DNA of 62,918 nucleotides, the filler included, from Lenisia limosa (taxonomy: Eukaryota; Protista; Breviatea), in NCBI GenBank assembly GCA_001655205.1. It is 13 parts of 13 records of this genome, joined end to end, with 100 filler letters (N's around TTAATTAATTAA, not from the genome) between each part and the next. Parts side by side here need not be neighbours in the genome. Positions count along the whole stretch, not along the records: positions 14,585 to 39,535 come from LPNZ01010126.1; positions 39,636 to 42,884 come from LPNZ01008734.1; positions 42,985 to 48,562 come from LPNZ01009961.1; 10 more parts are not named here. One strand, 5' to 3'. Position numbers and translations under genes: made by a program. Shown one piece after another: positions 36,974 through 48,503 of the stretch (the stretch's first letter is position 1; every line of letters begins with the position of its first letter). Under the pieces are notes generated by a model, which was given only the letters and a program-made list of their open reading frames with translations, did not search any database and was not told where the DNA came from.

Positions 36974-39500
36974 CTACGCCGTCAAATCGAGCTCAGAAAC
37001 AAACAAATGGTAACCTATTGTGATACCATTCTTAGATAAATTCCAGACTGGGTACTCAGCATTTGGGCACCACTTTTGTAGTTCAGTAACAACACACTTA
37101 CCTCTTGGAGGAGCCACTGAAGTTGCAGAGATTTCCTGGGTTTGGTCCTTACTCGGACGTCGTTTTAGGATTTTCGGTTTGGGAATATCTGTCGGTTTGA
37201 TACCGGGGACCACCTTGAGGTGTCAGGGGGGTGGGGGATATGGCAATAGTAAAGCAGGGGAGGGGAGTAGAAAGAGAGACGGTCCTACCTCATCTCCAAA
37301 AGGCTTGTTAGGCGTGGCTTTGGGTCCGACAACAGGAAACCGTCGTGTGATTCGGTTTGCGGGGGCCTTATCTCCAAGATTCTCTTCAGCTTGGCGGAGA
37401 CTCAGATATGCGGCTCGGAGTGGGGGTGGAAATGAAGCCACCTTTGAAGTGATAACGTGGTTATGATCAATGAGTATGTTTATCTGAGTACGATATTGGA
37501 AGAGGAGGAATATCAAAAAATTCCCTGACAGTGGTACTATTTCCATCCAAAGAAAAGTTATTTGAATATGTTGTTTGAACTTGGTAAATGAAATAAATTC
37601 TTAGCCTACCTCGGAAACAGTGAGCTTGGGAAGTACAGGAAGGATGGCCAGTATTTGTTTGACATTGAAAAGGCCTCGTGGGGCAACTGCCAGCCACTCT
37701 AGGGGCATATCTGTCACAGTACACGCGTCTTCTCCAGCTTCGGCCTATATTGTGAAATGGGGANNNNNNNNNNNNNNNNNNNNNNNNNNNNNNNNNNNNN
37801 NNNNNNNNNNNNNNNNGGGGGGGGGGGCAATAATACTCATCCAACGTGTGGTTGAGATTGTTTTGGGATTTATGACAACCCCACCCCTCACCTCAGAAGC
37901 TGAATCGTCGTCGCTGTCTGGAAAAGTTAGAATCATCCCATCAAGGCAATGTGGCGGAAAAGACTCTACTCTGTCACTTTTCTCACCATCTTGATCGGCA
38001 ATAACTGGGCTGGCAACAACAGGAGAGCCATTATAGTCACTTTCGGGTGAGCCTTGGACCGCTTTCTCCTTTTCAGCTTCCTTTTCAGCCTGTTCTGCTT
38101 GGAGCGCTCTATGTGCCTGCAGGTGTAAATTCTCTCTAGAAATGAATGGAAGCCCCCAAAAAGAGAGAATATAGAGCCCTACTTAGGGGGCCAAAAAGAC
38201 TGAATAGCTCACATTAAGCAGCTGGCTTGCCACGGGGAGGCTTGACGATTTTGCCGCGGCCTGTTCAGGAGTAGGCTTCTGAAGTCGTGTCATTGGAACG
38301 CGAAGGGGTTGTCGGATTCGTTTGATCAGTTTTTGAAGCTGAAAGACCCATCTGAAAGAAGCGATGAGATGAGCATTGAGATGAAACATAAGGTAGTGAG
38401 GGTATTGATCGGATATATCCGATAGATAAAATATCACACCATATGATATGTACTCTGTACTATGTACATATATTATACATAGCTAGCTATATGAAATATC
38501 GAAGAGCTGTGTACGTTGCTACATATGATGGGAAAGTAGTTGTAAATCTGATTCGCATACTGATCCCGATCGCCTTGGTTGACTGCAATAAAAGAAGTAG
38601 TTTTTTCAGTTTCCTTAATGGTAAGACTTAAACTTCACCCAGGAAAACAAAAAGAAGTTCTGAACCGGGTTACTTACCTTGTTAAAGATGTTAAAACCGT
38701 AAGCATCATCTTCTTCAGTTCCCTTCAACTTCTTACCGGCCTCTTCGAAACCTTCAACCTGTATTTCGGTAAATTTGGGTTTATTTTACGATTAACACTG
38801 ACAACGTTTTAATAATGACACTATCACAGATAACCGTCAAAAAGTAACCCCCCCCCTCCCCCAGTAAAGAAAAAAAAAAGGGAAAGCAAAACAGAGCTCG
38901 TCCACTTAACTCACTTCGTTTGCTTTACAGAGAGGCACTCGACCTCGCGCATGTGGAGACTAAACCGTAATATTCATACTCACACACATATATTTGATAG
39001 AGTGATTGAAGGATAAGCTGCTATGCGAAACAAATACTCATAATAATAGACTGCACTCAACTGATAACAAATCCACCAACATTTTGAACCTTGTACATGA
39101 GAATACTGGTGTCTTCGATATTGCACCACCATCGGCTCTTGTTGGCACCACCTGGGCCGTTAGAATTTATAGACGTGGTGTTTCAAAGAGAATTAAAAAT
39201 AGNNNNNNNNNNNNNNNNNNNNNNNNNNNNNNNNNNNNNNNNNNNNNNNNNNNNNNNNNNNNNNNNNNNNNNNNNNNNNNNNNNNNNNNNNNNNNNNNNN
39301 NNNNNNNNNNNNNNNNNNNNNNNNNNNNNNNNNNNNNNNNNNNNNNTGTACCCAGCTTTGTATATATAATATTATTAATAATAATAATAATAATAAAAAC
39401 CCAAAACATACCAAAAAGGAAGCTCTCCATTTGGATTGGACCTAACCCGCGAGGATCCGTACCTGGAAGCATAAGGGAGGTGGGGACCAGGAGATAAAAA
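36974..39500 (-). CDS. Partial multi-exon protein, possibly with a PH domain
   Basis: Spliced MESFLFGGANKSRWWCNIEDTSILMYK resembles PH strands beta1-beta3. Downstream exons are KLIKRIRQPLRVPMTRLQKP, an acidic/low-complexity exon and a terminal ..FVSELDLTA*. Confidence 0.5.
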
Positions 39501-39679
39501 GAGAGGAAATGCACAAGTACACATTCACACTGAGGNNNNNNNNNNNNNNNNNNNNNNNNNNNNNNNNNNNNNNNNNNNNTTAATTAATTAANNNNNNNNN
39601 NNNNNNNNNNNNNNNNNNNNNNNNNNNNNNNNNNNGAAAGTAATCCGAAAATTCCTCGACAAATTGGTTAATATCATTT

Positions 39680-41350
39680 CATACCTGAGTAAGGCAGTCA
39701 GTTGACTTCGGGGGGAGCACATTGGATTCACAAGGCCTCAGCTGTAGCTGAATGTACTTTGGCACCGCAACCAAAATAGAGAAGTTGTCTGCGTGGTGAA
39801 TGATAAAATAGAGTTGTGGTTGAGGAGCAAAAAGGAGTCCAAAATCGTCGTAGTGAACGGAATATGATATCGTATCCAAAGTTGCTAAAAATAAAGATTA
39901 ATGGGAAAGCTATTGCAAAAGGAAAATGTCAACATCGAATGAGGATATATCGAAGTGACATAGTAAATACCATAGTATATGATATCCAGAGAACTGCACC
40001 CCTCCAACTGATTTGTTGGAGATCGTTATTGGAGACCAAGAGGCGGACTGCATGAACATGGGGTTGTTGTGGGTTTGGTACTGGGGAATTGAGAGGGGGA
40101 GAAAGATGGCTATTTTGAAAATATACCCCTTTCCCGTTTAGACATTTCCTGTGGACAGGATTTACCCACCTTTAGCCAGCATTTTGATGTCAATGCCATT
40201 GGATTCGTAGACAACCACGGATGCTAAAAAGGATGAACCCTATTAATAGGGAGTAGTAATTGGAGAATAAGTTGAGACGCTCAACCTGTGAAAATTCAAG
40301 AACAACAAAACAAAAAAAAGGCGCTCTAAAAGGGGGCATTTAGAAAGGGTCGTGCAGCAGGGTGAAAAAAATACAAAAACAAAGAATCAACAAAACGGCA
40401 GAATAAAGGGGGGGTGTGGTGTATTTATACATGGGAAAGAAACCGCAAAGTATGAAAAAAGTTATGGTTAAGACAGGAAGAATACCAACCTTGTGGCGAG
40501 GTTGCAGAAGGGGATGCTGTGATTGGGGTGGGTTCTCCTAAGGAATAATAAAAAAGGGGGGGATGAAATATGTACTAGCTATATGAAAACACAAAAAGGT
40601 TTGATGAGCAAAGCCAAGACAGGTTTTTCTCTTTTGCATCACCCAACACAATCCAAGGCCAAAGTATCTACTCCCTGTTTACAAAAGGTTTGCACCATGT
40701 ACTGATAAACAAAGACAGACAAACACCCCTCCCCCAACCGCCAAGAAGATCCAGAAGGTCGGTAGGCGTGGTAGCGGGGGGTGAGGCTACAGCCGGTTCT
40801 GGGGTAGGGAGAGTAAAATGAAGGAAATGTCGATGAAAATATTGGCGTAAAGGTACTAATCACGAACCGCATAATCTGAAACTCCAAAAAAACAAAACAA
40901 AAAACAAGTAACAAACAGGAGCAACCAACGGGGGNNNNNNNNNNNNNNNNNNNNNNNNNNNNNNNNNNNNNNNNNNNNNNNNNNNNNNNNNNNNNNNNNN
41001 NNNNNNNNNNNNNNNNNNNNNNNNNNNNNNNNNNNNNNNNNNNNCGATTGATTGAGGAAGGAATGGAACATATTCTATTTGTTTCAAGCCCCCCCTCCCC
41101 CAACCGATAGCGGCGGAGTCCATGAGGTTCAAGAGGTCTTGGGCCGCAGCATCAGCCTTGGCAGCGACCTCGTCTTCCTCGTTCTAATTGTGAAAAACGT
41201 GAGAATAAATGACAATGATAAAAAAAAATATAGTATATTATAATAATATATGTATACTATATATAGAGAGAGAACAAGAGCCTCCCATCATACAGAAGTT
41301 GGAGAAGGCGAAGCGGCAATTTCAGCCGTTGTCGTGATTTCCTTGGTTGT
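39680..41350 (-). CDS. C-terminal hinge + gamma-adaptin ear (GAE) domain, AP-1 gamma or GGA-like; partial
   Basis: Hinge with clathrin-box-like QDLLNLM and TDLLDLLGG. Ear exons SVVVYESNGIDIKMLAK, PHVHAVRLLVSNN and DNFSILVAVPKYIQLQLRPCESNVLPPKSTDCLTQ (compare gamma-adaptin [22 protein letters not shown]..ITQ). Confidence 0.75.
40799..40870 (-). repeat. Family B copy ending at a 3' splice site
   Basis: Minus strand reads TTCGTGATTAGTACCTTTACGCCAATATTTTCATCGACATTTCCTTCATTTTACTCTCCCTACCCCAG| followed by an exon. Confidence 0.75.
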
Positions 41351-41489
41351 GAGTACACAAAATAGTTGTACAATAATCAATAGTGTTGGTTTTTGATTAT
41401 AATAGTATAATATAGTATCTTATCTAATATAGTATATAATAATGTAGTAATATCGATATACAGTATCATTTACGATATATACATGTGTC

Positions 41490-42760
41490 TTACGGGGAAC
41501 CGCCGATGGATCCCCGGAACCCAAAGGGCTCGCCCCGGAAACATGGGTGACTTGCATTTTGAACTGAACTTGGTCACCCAGTATATTTATAAAGAATTGT
41601 TTTTATCCACAAAATTTGGACGCAAGGCTTTCAGGTGAACCGAATTTATTTTGGTTGGCGGGTGGGACTGCCTTTTTACCGGGATCCTCCGGCGGATCCC
41701 GGTCGATTGATATTCATTTGCTGCTGTGACTGTTTTAACTTTTCAGGTTGCTGGAACTGGCGGGTCGCAGACGACTTGCACGTTCTTTTTGCTAAGACTA
41801 TCATTTACTGCCTAAACTCTTTTGACTTTTCAGGTTGCTGCGATCTTGCGGTGGAGAGAAAACTTGCACGGGTGAAGTTCCTAAGGTCTGCCGGCTGGGA
41901 CTGCCTTGAGGCCCGTGCTTTGACTGGAATCCTCCGGCAGATCCTGGTCGATTGATTTTCATTTGCTGCTGCAACTCTTTTAACTTTCCAGGTTGCTGGA
42001 CAAGAAAGATGGGTCAATGCGACCGGATTTTAAAAATCCGGGGATTCAAAAACTTCAGTAGCAAAAAAAAAAAAAAAAATCACAGGGCTTACCTTTGAAT
42101 ATGAACCTGCGACAGTAATACTGAAAAACTGGAAATTTTCACATATAAACAGAAATGGATGACCCATTTCAGTTCACTTCGGTCCAGTTCAGTTCCTTAT
42201 CAAGGGTCACCCATTTATAAAGGGTGGCTCCGGGGTCTGTGGGGCGGATCCGGTGACGGACAGGGGCCCGCCCCGAAGACCGGATTTTTACGTAAAATCT
42301 GGTGTTCGAAAGGAGCTGCCGCCCTACAGACCCCCGGAACCACCCTGTTTTTGGGTGACTGCCTAAAAATGAACTGAACTAAACTGAACTGGATGGTCAC
42401 CCATTTTATGAAAAAGTTTTTTTTTTTTTTTTTTAACCCCTTNNNNNNNNNNNNNNNNNNNNNNNNNNNNNNNNNNNNNNNNNNNNNNNNNNNNNNNNNN
42501 NNNNNNNGGTTTTCAAGGTGAGGGGAAATTTTATTTGGTTTCGGGTAGGACTGCCGGTTGACCGGATTTTTAAAAATCCGGAGGAGTGACTTTTCATTTG
42601 CAGCCTCAAACTCTTTTGACTTTTAAGGTTGCTGCGATCTGAGCAGACGACTTGCACGTTCTTATTGCTAAGGTCTGCCGGGTGGGACTGCCTCTAGGCT
42701 GGTGGTTTTTCTGGGAATCGCCGGCGGATCCCAGTCGATTGATTTTGTTTTTTGGCTAGT
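41490..42760. repeat. GC-rich complex repeat block with imperfect direct repeats and nested inverted repeats
   Basis: GGGACTGCC..CCTCCGGCGGATCCCGGTCGATTGA..TTTCAGGTTGCTG..CAGACGACTTGCACG recurs at ~41660, ~41890 and ~42550-42740. Inverted pairs at ~42158-42200/42350-42410 and ~42232-42247/42317-42334. Confidence 0.8.
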
Positions 42761-43099
42761 CCTAACCTCAACAGACATCGGCGACTCCCCTCCCTCACCC
42801 TTTACCCCGGACGTCGCCTTTCATCATAATAGCGTGGTTGTCAGGATTTCTTTTGGGCGGTCGGTTTTTTTTTTTTTTTTTTGANNNNNNNNNNNNNNNN
42901 NNNNNNNNNNNNNNNNNNNNNNNNNNNNTTAATTAATTAANNNNNNNNNNNNNNNNNNNNNNNNNNNNNNNNNNNNNNNNNNNNAGGGAGGGGAGGGGGT
43001 ATCCATACCTTGGTGTGTGCCTCTTGTGCTCTTGTGGGATTTTTAAGTCTGCAGAACTGAGAGGAGTGAGGGAAGGTGAGGGAGAAATGGTGAAATGGT

Positions 43100-46000
43100 G
43101 AAATGGTAGAGGAGTTGTGTCAGAGAGATTCCACAATAAAAGGGGAGGAAAGTTGACTGCTTACATATTGACAGGAGCGCAACGCTTTTGACGGGACTCA
43201 TCATGCGTGGTCCTAAAGATGTCACAGGAGAAAAGCCAGTTGCCACTGACGAGAATAGATGAGCTTCGGGAGTCTAACGAAATAAATGGTCTTCGTCTTT
43301 CGACTCAGAGATACGAACCAATTCATCATTAGCAAGGGAGGGGGGGGGGGGNNNNNNNNNNNNNNNNNNNNNNNNNNNNNNNNNNNNNNNNNNNNNNNNN
43401 NNNNNNNNNNNNNNNNNNNNNNNNNNNNNNNNNNNNNNNNNNNNNNNNNNNNNNNNNNNNNNNNNNNNNNNGACCAGTATTCAAACATCCCCTCTTACTT
43501 CTTCTTTTCTTTGATGCCCAGGGGTGTTGAGCGTGCTGAGGGGAGTGGAGGGGCAACTGGGTGTTGCGAGGGAGCCGAACGTGAGGGCTAAAAACGGTCA
43601 GATTAATGGTTATATTTGTATCATTTTGTGTAGAAATAAGAAATAAAACAAGGAATTATTAGTCCAAACCTTCCGCTCCATCCAGCTGAAGTAGGGAGAT
43701 GTATAATCTAACAGAGAAAACTATTAGCAGAATACCCAAACCCCCTCCCCTATCTGATATTATCATTTTATAAAAAAGTGTGCACAATACCCAATCTTCT
43801 GGTATCCAGATTTATTCAACGTACATCTTGCTCTCAAAAAAGCTACCTATCATCTGCAGGCCTACCCCAAAAAGTTCTTCGGCATCGTGATGAATTTCTT
43901 TCACGTCGTCACAGATTTTCTCAACATGTTTCCGATATGCTATTACCTTTTCATTCACGGACTCCATCTTTTCTTCAAAGGACTCACGGTTCTCTTTCCG
44001 GGACCCCACATTTTCTCTAAACGACACATGGTTCTCTTTTGAATATTCTTGTTGTACTACTTTTTTCTCTTCTTTGGGCTCCTCTGGCTCCTCAGAAGCT
44101 GCAGGAACCCGGGGCTCCTCGGGGATCTGGGAAACTTCGGGGATCTGGGGTAATTGTGGAGGTGCAAGCGGGATATTCAAATTCAACACTGGTGAAGGCT
44201 CAATACCCTCATCACCGCTGATTTCATCACCACAGGATGCGCTGATTTCAATTTCAGGCGGCTCCCAGTAGCTGCCAAGGCGTGTGTCACTGTCACTCGC
44301 GCTGCCAAGGAAGCCACGGGGGTCTTCATTTGCATTTCTTGCTTTACGTGCATGTCTTGCATTGTTTAACCGGTTGGACTTGTCTGCAGGATTTGGATTG
44401 GCTTTGCACCTCGGCCCTACGGTAAGGGGTTTGTCCTCATAGGCATTGACAGGGGCTTGTTCCTGGGGTGGTAAATGAGAGAAAGAAAGGGGGAGAGGGG
44501 GTGCTGAAATCGCCACCTCACTTGATGGAAGTTATGACCCAGCATGTGATATAGAAATGAGAAAAAAACAAGGTTGTATCTGACCGAAGCCGTCCACACC
44601 AACACGCTAATAAGAAATATTATATTACAGTACACCCAATCATTTGCCTTTCAACTCTATGCACACAGCATTCTGCGTGCACAGAGTTACAAGGCGTTTG
44701 GTAGATATCATATCATATGTAGGAATAACTGTGTATTCAAAATAATGAAGTCACAAACGTGCGGATTCGAGCTTTCAGCTTTTTATTATCATAAGATATC
44801 ATTAACTTAGAAATGATAAAGCGAAGATTGCCCATATATGGTATTAACGAAGTGCAACAATTACACGACAAGCATAAAGATAGATCAAGGATACATGCCC
44901 GAGGTGCCATTATAATGCCAAATGAGAAAAAAAAGAGATCCACAGAGTCTTTCCGGATTTTATGATAGAGACAACGCATTATTCAAAAAAACAGAAGATT
45001 CGTTGCACTGATTTTCTCTTCTTCTCCATNNNNNNNNNNNNNNNNNNNNNNNNNNNNNNNNNNNNNNNNNNNNNNNNNNNNNNNNNNNNNNNNNNNNNNN
45101 NNNNNNNNNNNNNNNNNNNNNNNNNNNNNNNNNNNNNNNNNNNNNNNNNNNACTGCTGCTGCAATTCAAGGGCCATTTTCCGGTCCTTCTCCTCCTGCTC
45201 CAAACGGGCATTGTTGACTTCTGTACTTTCACTCTGGGGGGGTGTGAAGAGGAAAATTTATGAAACAAAAAAAGGAAGACCAAAATCAACTCTATTGCAG
45301 CAACACAGACCAATTTGTCAAAAAAAAAATTATTCGTGTATGATACCCACATGATATGTGATTTGAAAAACACATAAAACCGAGAAAAAATAACACCCAG
45401 GACAAATCTAGAGCAGTGCATGAGGGGGAGGGTGGAGTAAAATTGGACAATATATGAAACAAAAGCTCGTAATCTGCTAACTGACGATAAAACACGAGGG
45501 TTGATAACAACAAAGCAAACAAAGCCCAGTCTAGTCGCCCCGCATCCAAGTAAAGGAAGCTGTGATCAAACGCACAGTTAAAAAGGAAAACTCTATAAAA
45601 CCACACAAACATAACATAATGGGCACCACTCCCCGTCTTGCAGTTTCCAAACCGTGAATCCATTTCCACACGTTTTAATTCATCACCCCCCCCCCCCTGC
45701 TCNNNNNNNNNNNNNNNNNNNNNNNNNNNNNNNNNNNNNNNNNNNNNNNNNNNNNNNNNNNNNNNNNNNNNNNNNNNNNNNNNNNNNNNNNNNNNNNNNN
45801 TAGTACCATAATATTTTAATTATTATAGTATTATAATGCCTAACGCTAACATTTTTTTTCAAAACATCAATATTTTCATCAAAACATAGGTTTCATTACA
45901 TACCTCAATATGAATGAACACACTACACTTTACCCCCGCAACTTACATAAAAAAAGATAAACTTGCCGGTCTTAAAAACACACTTTCTTAACCCCCCTCC

Positions 46001-48450
46001 CGCACCTGCTGCATGCTCAACACAAGCTGCCTTGTCTCATCATCCATGGAGGCCCAAACATCGGGGTCGATGCCGTCCATGCTGGCCAAGCCGTCTGAAA
46101 ACGTTCTTTTGAGAGAATTCGCTTCTAGAAAAACATCCTTCTCTGAAGAACTCAATTGGCGTCCAGAGGATATGACTACCAGCAGAGTGTGACCTACAGC
46201 AGAGCCTCGTATAGGGGGTGGCAGCGAGCCACAGCGCTTGTTAACAGGTTTTTTACGTACTAAAGGGTGGGATTCGGAGAGAGAGGTCAAAGGAGGGTCA
46301 AAGGAAGATAGCTTTCTTCTGTCTTCTTCTTAAGGTCTGACAAGGTCTTGTTCTACTCAGACTCTCTCTTACTTACTTAACAGCTTACAGATATAGGGAG
46401 TGTTTGGTGGTTTATTTGGGTCACATTTGCCGCTTTTTCCGAGCCTTCATAAATTTGCGCGCCAAAATACAATCACATCGATTCGTTAATAATTGTTTTG
46501 TTTTAGGAAAGTAAAATAAAGCTTTATGTCAATTTCTCCAGTCCCTCGGAGGGAAATGAGACCTTTACCAAGCTTTCAAAGACACCACAAACACAACAAA
46601 CCCTTCACCACATTGATTGAAATCATTCACAATCCCCTCCCAAAATAAAAACATCATGACTGGAATAAGAATACACAATAAGCAATCATAGTTATGTCGT
46701 CCCTAGTGTCATGAGGCGGCATCGATGATGACCTTGCTCCATGCATCTAAAGCGTAAGAGGAGCAACAGTGGCTGACGCAAGATTGAAGTATGAGAGGCT
46801 ACGACTGACGTGCAAATATCAAGAATCTTCACATTGGAATAAGACCACCAAAAGGCGGCAAACGAGTTGTCATCATCGCCAAAAGAAAAAGGAGGGGGGG
46901 GGCATACCAAAAGAAAAAGGAGGGGCACATACCATTTTTCATCGTCATTGGTTGTTTTGATTGCTATGCAGCTCAATGGTGACGGAGCTGAACGTATTAG
47001 TGTGGTATAATATGAGGGCAGGAGATAACAGAGACAATACTCAGACGCAGACTAAAATATCCACAATGAATTCAGTGCCATGCATGTGATCATCANNNNN
47101 NNNNNGTATGGCAGTGATGCTTTCCACAAACCTTCAATAAATTTGAGGAAATCATGATGAATTGGATGCCAGATGTCGGACTCTGAAAAGGTCAATAGAA
47201 GCCGTGCCAAGGAGGTGGGAACAAAGGGCAAATAATACTCAGACGCAGACTAAAATATCCACAATGAATTCAGTGCCATGCATGTGATCATCAACGTACA
47301 AAATGGGGGGGAGGGGGGGTGAGACTCGAAACTAACCTTGATGAGCGAAGGGTCCTCTCATTTCCGTGCGACTTTCATTTGATGAAGATCTAGAACAATG
47401 AAACTTGTTGAGTGGGGAAGAGAAAGAAGGGACAAGGATAAGCTTCGGCAGTCTAACGAAATAAATGGTCATCGTCTTTCGACTCAGAAACACGAANNNN
47501 NNNNNNGGCGAGGGTGAAACTAACCTCATTCCATCATTCGCTGGACTCCTTAAAGGTGACGACAAGATAAATGGTTCGTCTGAAAGAGTAAGAAGAATAG
47601 CATGGAAAGGGTGGAAAGATGGAGAAAGCAGGGCTGAGGAGCGCATAAAAGGATAATCATAGGTCCGTCACACCAAAACGGTATCGACTTCACTAAGACT
47701 CGTCATCTGTTGTCTTCATTGCCCATGGAGGGAGGGGGGGGATAAAGCTTACCATGGATGAGTGGGGACTGATTGTGTCTTGACCTTGTGAGATGTTCTT
47801 GCCTTGGGCGGCGATGGGTCTAAGAAGTCAGAGAAGGTAAGGAAGAAGAGAAAGAGGGGAGAAGGAAAAGCTTCGGCAGTCTAACGAAATAAATGGTCAT
47901 CGTCTTTCGACTCAGAAACACGAACCAATAAAGGTATTCATCACTAGCAGGGGGGAAGAAAAGGCTGATTAGCAGGCATACCATTGGGAATTGGGGAGGA
48001 CGGCTGGTATCGCAGAAGCAGGCTTAATCTGATCTGGTGAAAACGTGCTAAGAAAAGAGAAGAGACGCGAGAACGGAAAATACTCAGACGCAGACTAAAA
48101 TATCCACATTGAATTCAGTGCCATGCATGTGATCATCAACGTAAAGTGCGCACAGTTGTAATGAGTACTATAACAAACCTGAAGGGGAAAGTTGTACCGC
48201 ATCTCGTGGAGAAGAGTGCTATTGTCCAAATAACTAAAGCGTCAAAATTGCCAAATAAGTGAAGGCTTTAAAATCAAAAAGCAGGGCTGAGGAGCGCATA
48301 AAAGGATAATCATAGGTCCGTCACACCAAAACGGTATCGACTTTACTAAGACTCGTCATCTGTTGTCTTCATAGCCCAAAACAGAGGAAATGAAATGCCC
48401 ACTCACTTTGCTTTCCAAACAAACGGCAACGCGGTGAACCAATGAAGATA
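43100..48450 (-). CDS. Multi-exon protein-coding snoRNA host gene (partial; low-complexity regions, putative UBM-like ubiquitin-binding motif)
   Basis: Minus exons with GT..AG ends between the snoRNAs: LSSLVHRVAVCLESK, YLDNSTLLHEMRYNFPLQ, QIKPASAIPAVLPNSQ and EPFILSSPLRSPANDGMR. Larger exons are GIDPDVWASMDDETRQLVLSMQQ (~46000) and the Pro/Glu-rich exon within ORF 43812-44516. Confidence 0.6.
43262..43332 (-). ncRNA. C/D snoRNA, U18 + snR58/SNORD104-like double guide, divergent copy
   Basis: ATGATGA-attggttcgtatct-CTGA-gtcgaaagac-GAAGA-ccatttatttcgttagactc-CCGA, with terminal stem gct/agc. Confidence 0.75.
45428..45545 (-). repeat. Family A copy; a second partial copy lies at ~45234-45300
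   Basis: Reverse complement matches the family A core. Confidence 0.75.
47038..47095 (-). ncRNA. C/D snoRNA type X, copy 1 (5' end abuts gap)
   Basis: TGATGA-tcacatgcatggca-CTGA-attcattgtggatattttagtctgcgt-CTGA-gta. The D' guide is complementary to conserved 18S GCCAUGCAUGU. Confidence 0.8.
47236..47297 (-). ncRNA. C/D snoRNA type X, copy 2
   Basis: Identical to copy 1, with terminal stem tac/gta. Confidence 0.85.
47441..47496 (-). ncRNA. U18 + snR58-like C/D snoRNA (5' end lost in gap)
   Basis: ttcgtgttt-CTGA-gtcgaaagac-GATGA-ccatttatttcgttagactg-CCGA. Confidence 0.8.
47631..47724 (-). ncRNA. C/D snoRNA, U15/snR75-like, copy 1
   Basis: Terminal stem gggc/gccc. ATGAAGA-caac-agatgacgagt-CTTA matches the U15 5' arm (ATGAAGA..GATGACGAGTCTGA) and is complementary to LSU CUCGUCAUCU. 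The terminal box reads CTCA, which is non-canonical. Confidence 0.7.
47869..47948 (-). ncRNA. U18: U18 + snR58/SNORD104-like double-guide C/D snoRNA, complete copy
   Basis: GTGATGA-atacctttattggttcgtgttt-CTGA (compare U18 ATTGGTCCGTGTTTCTGA), GTC-GAAA-GAC hairpin, GATGA, ..cgttagactg-CCGA (compare SNORD104 GTTAGACTGCTGA), stem gct/agc. Confidence 0.9.
48081..48142 (-). ncRNA. C/D snoRNA type X, copy 3
   Basis: One substitution relative to copies 1 and 2; boxes intact. Confidence 0.85.
48284..48377 (-). ncRNA. U15/snR75-like C/D snoRNA, copy 2
   Basis: Near-identical to 47631-47724 (2 substitutions). Confidence 0.7.
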
Positions 48451-48503
48451 AACTAAGAGGGTGAGGAAAAGAAGAAAAGCAGAAAAAGAAAGAGCGAAGG
48501 AAA

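Noticed and set aside
47110-47195. Plus-strand C/D-like pattern (ATGATGA..CTGA); a similar one lies at ~47560-47585
   Set aside because: On the minus strand these are exons bounded by TTTCAG and GT donors; single copy, no terminal stem and no convincing guide.
47895-47925. Hammerhead ribozyme suggested by CTGA-GTC-GAAA-GAC
   Set aside because: It lacks the CUGANGA core and stem I/III geometry; it is explained as D' box, hairpin and C' box.
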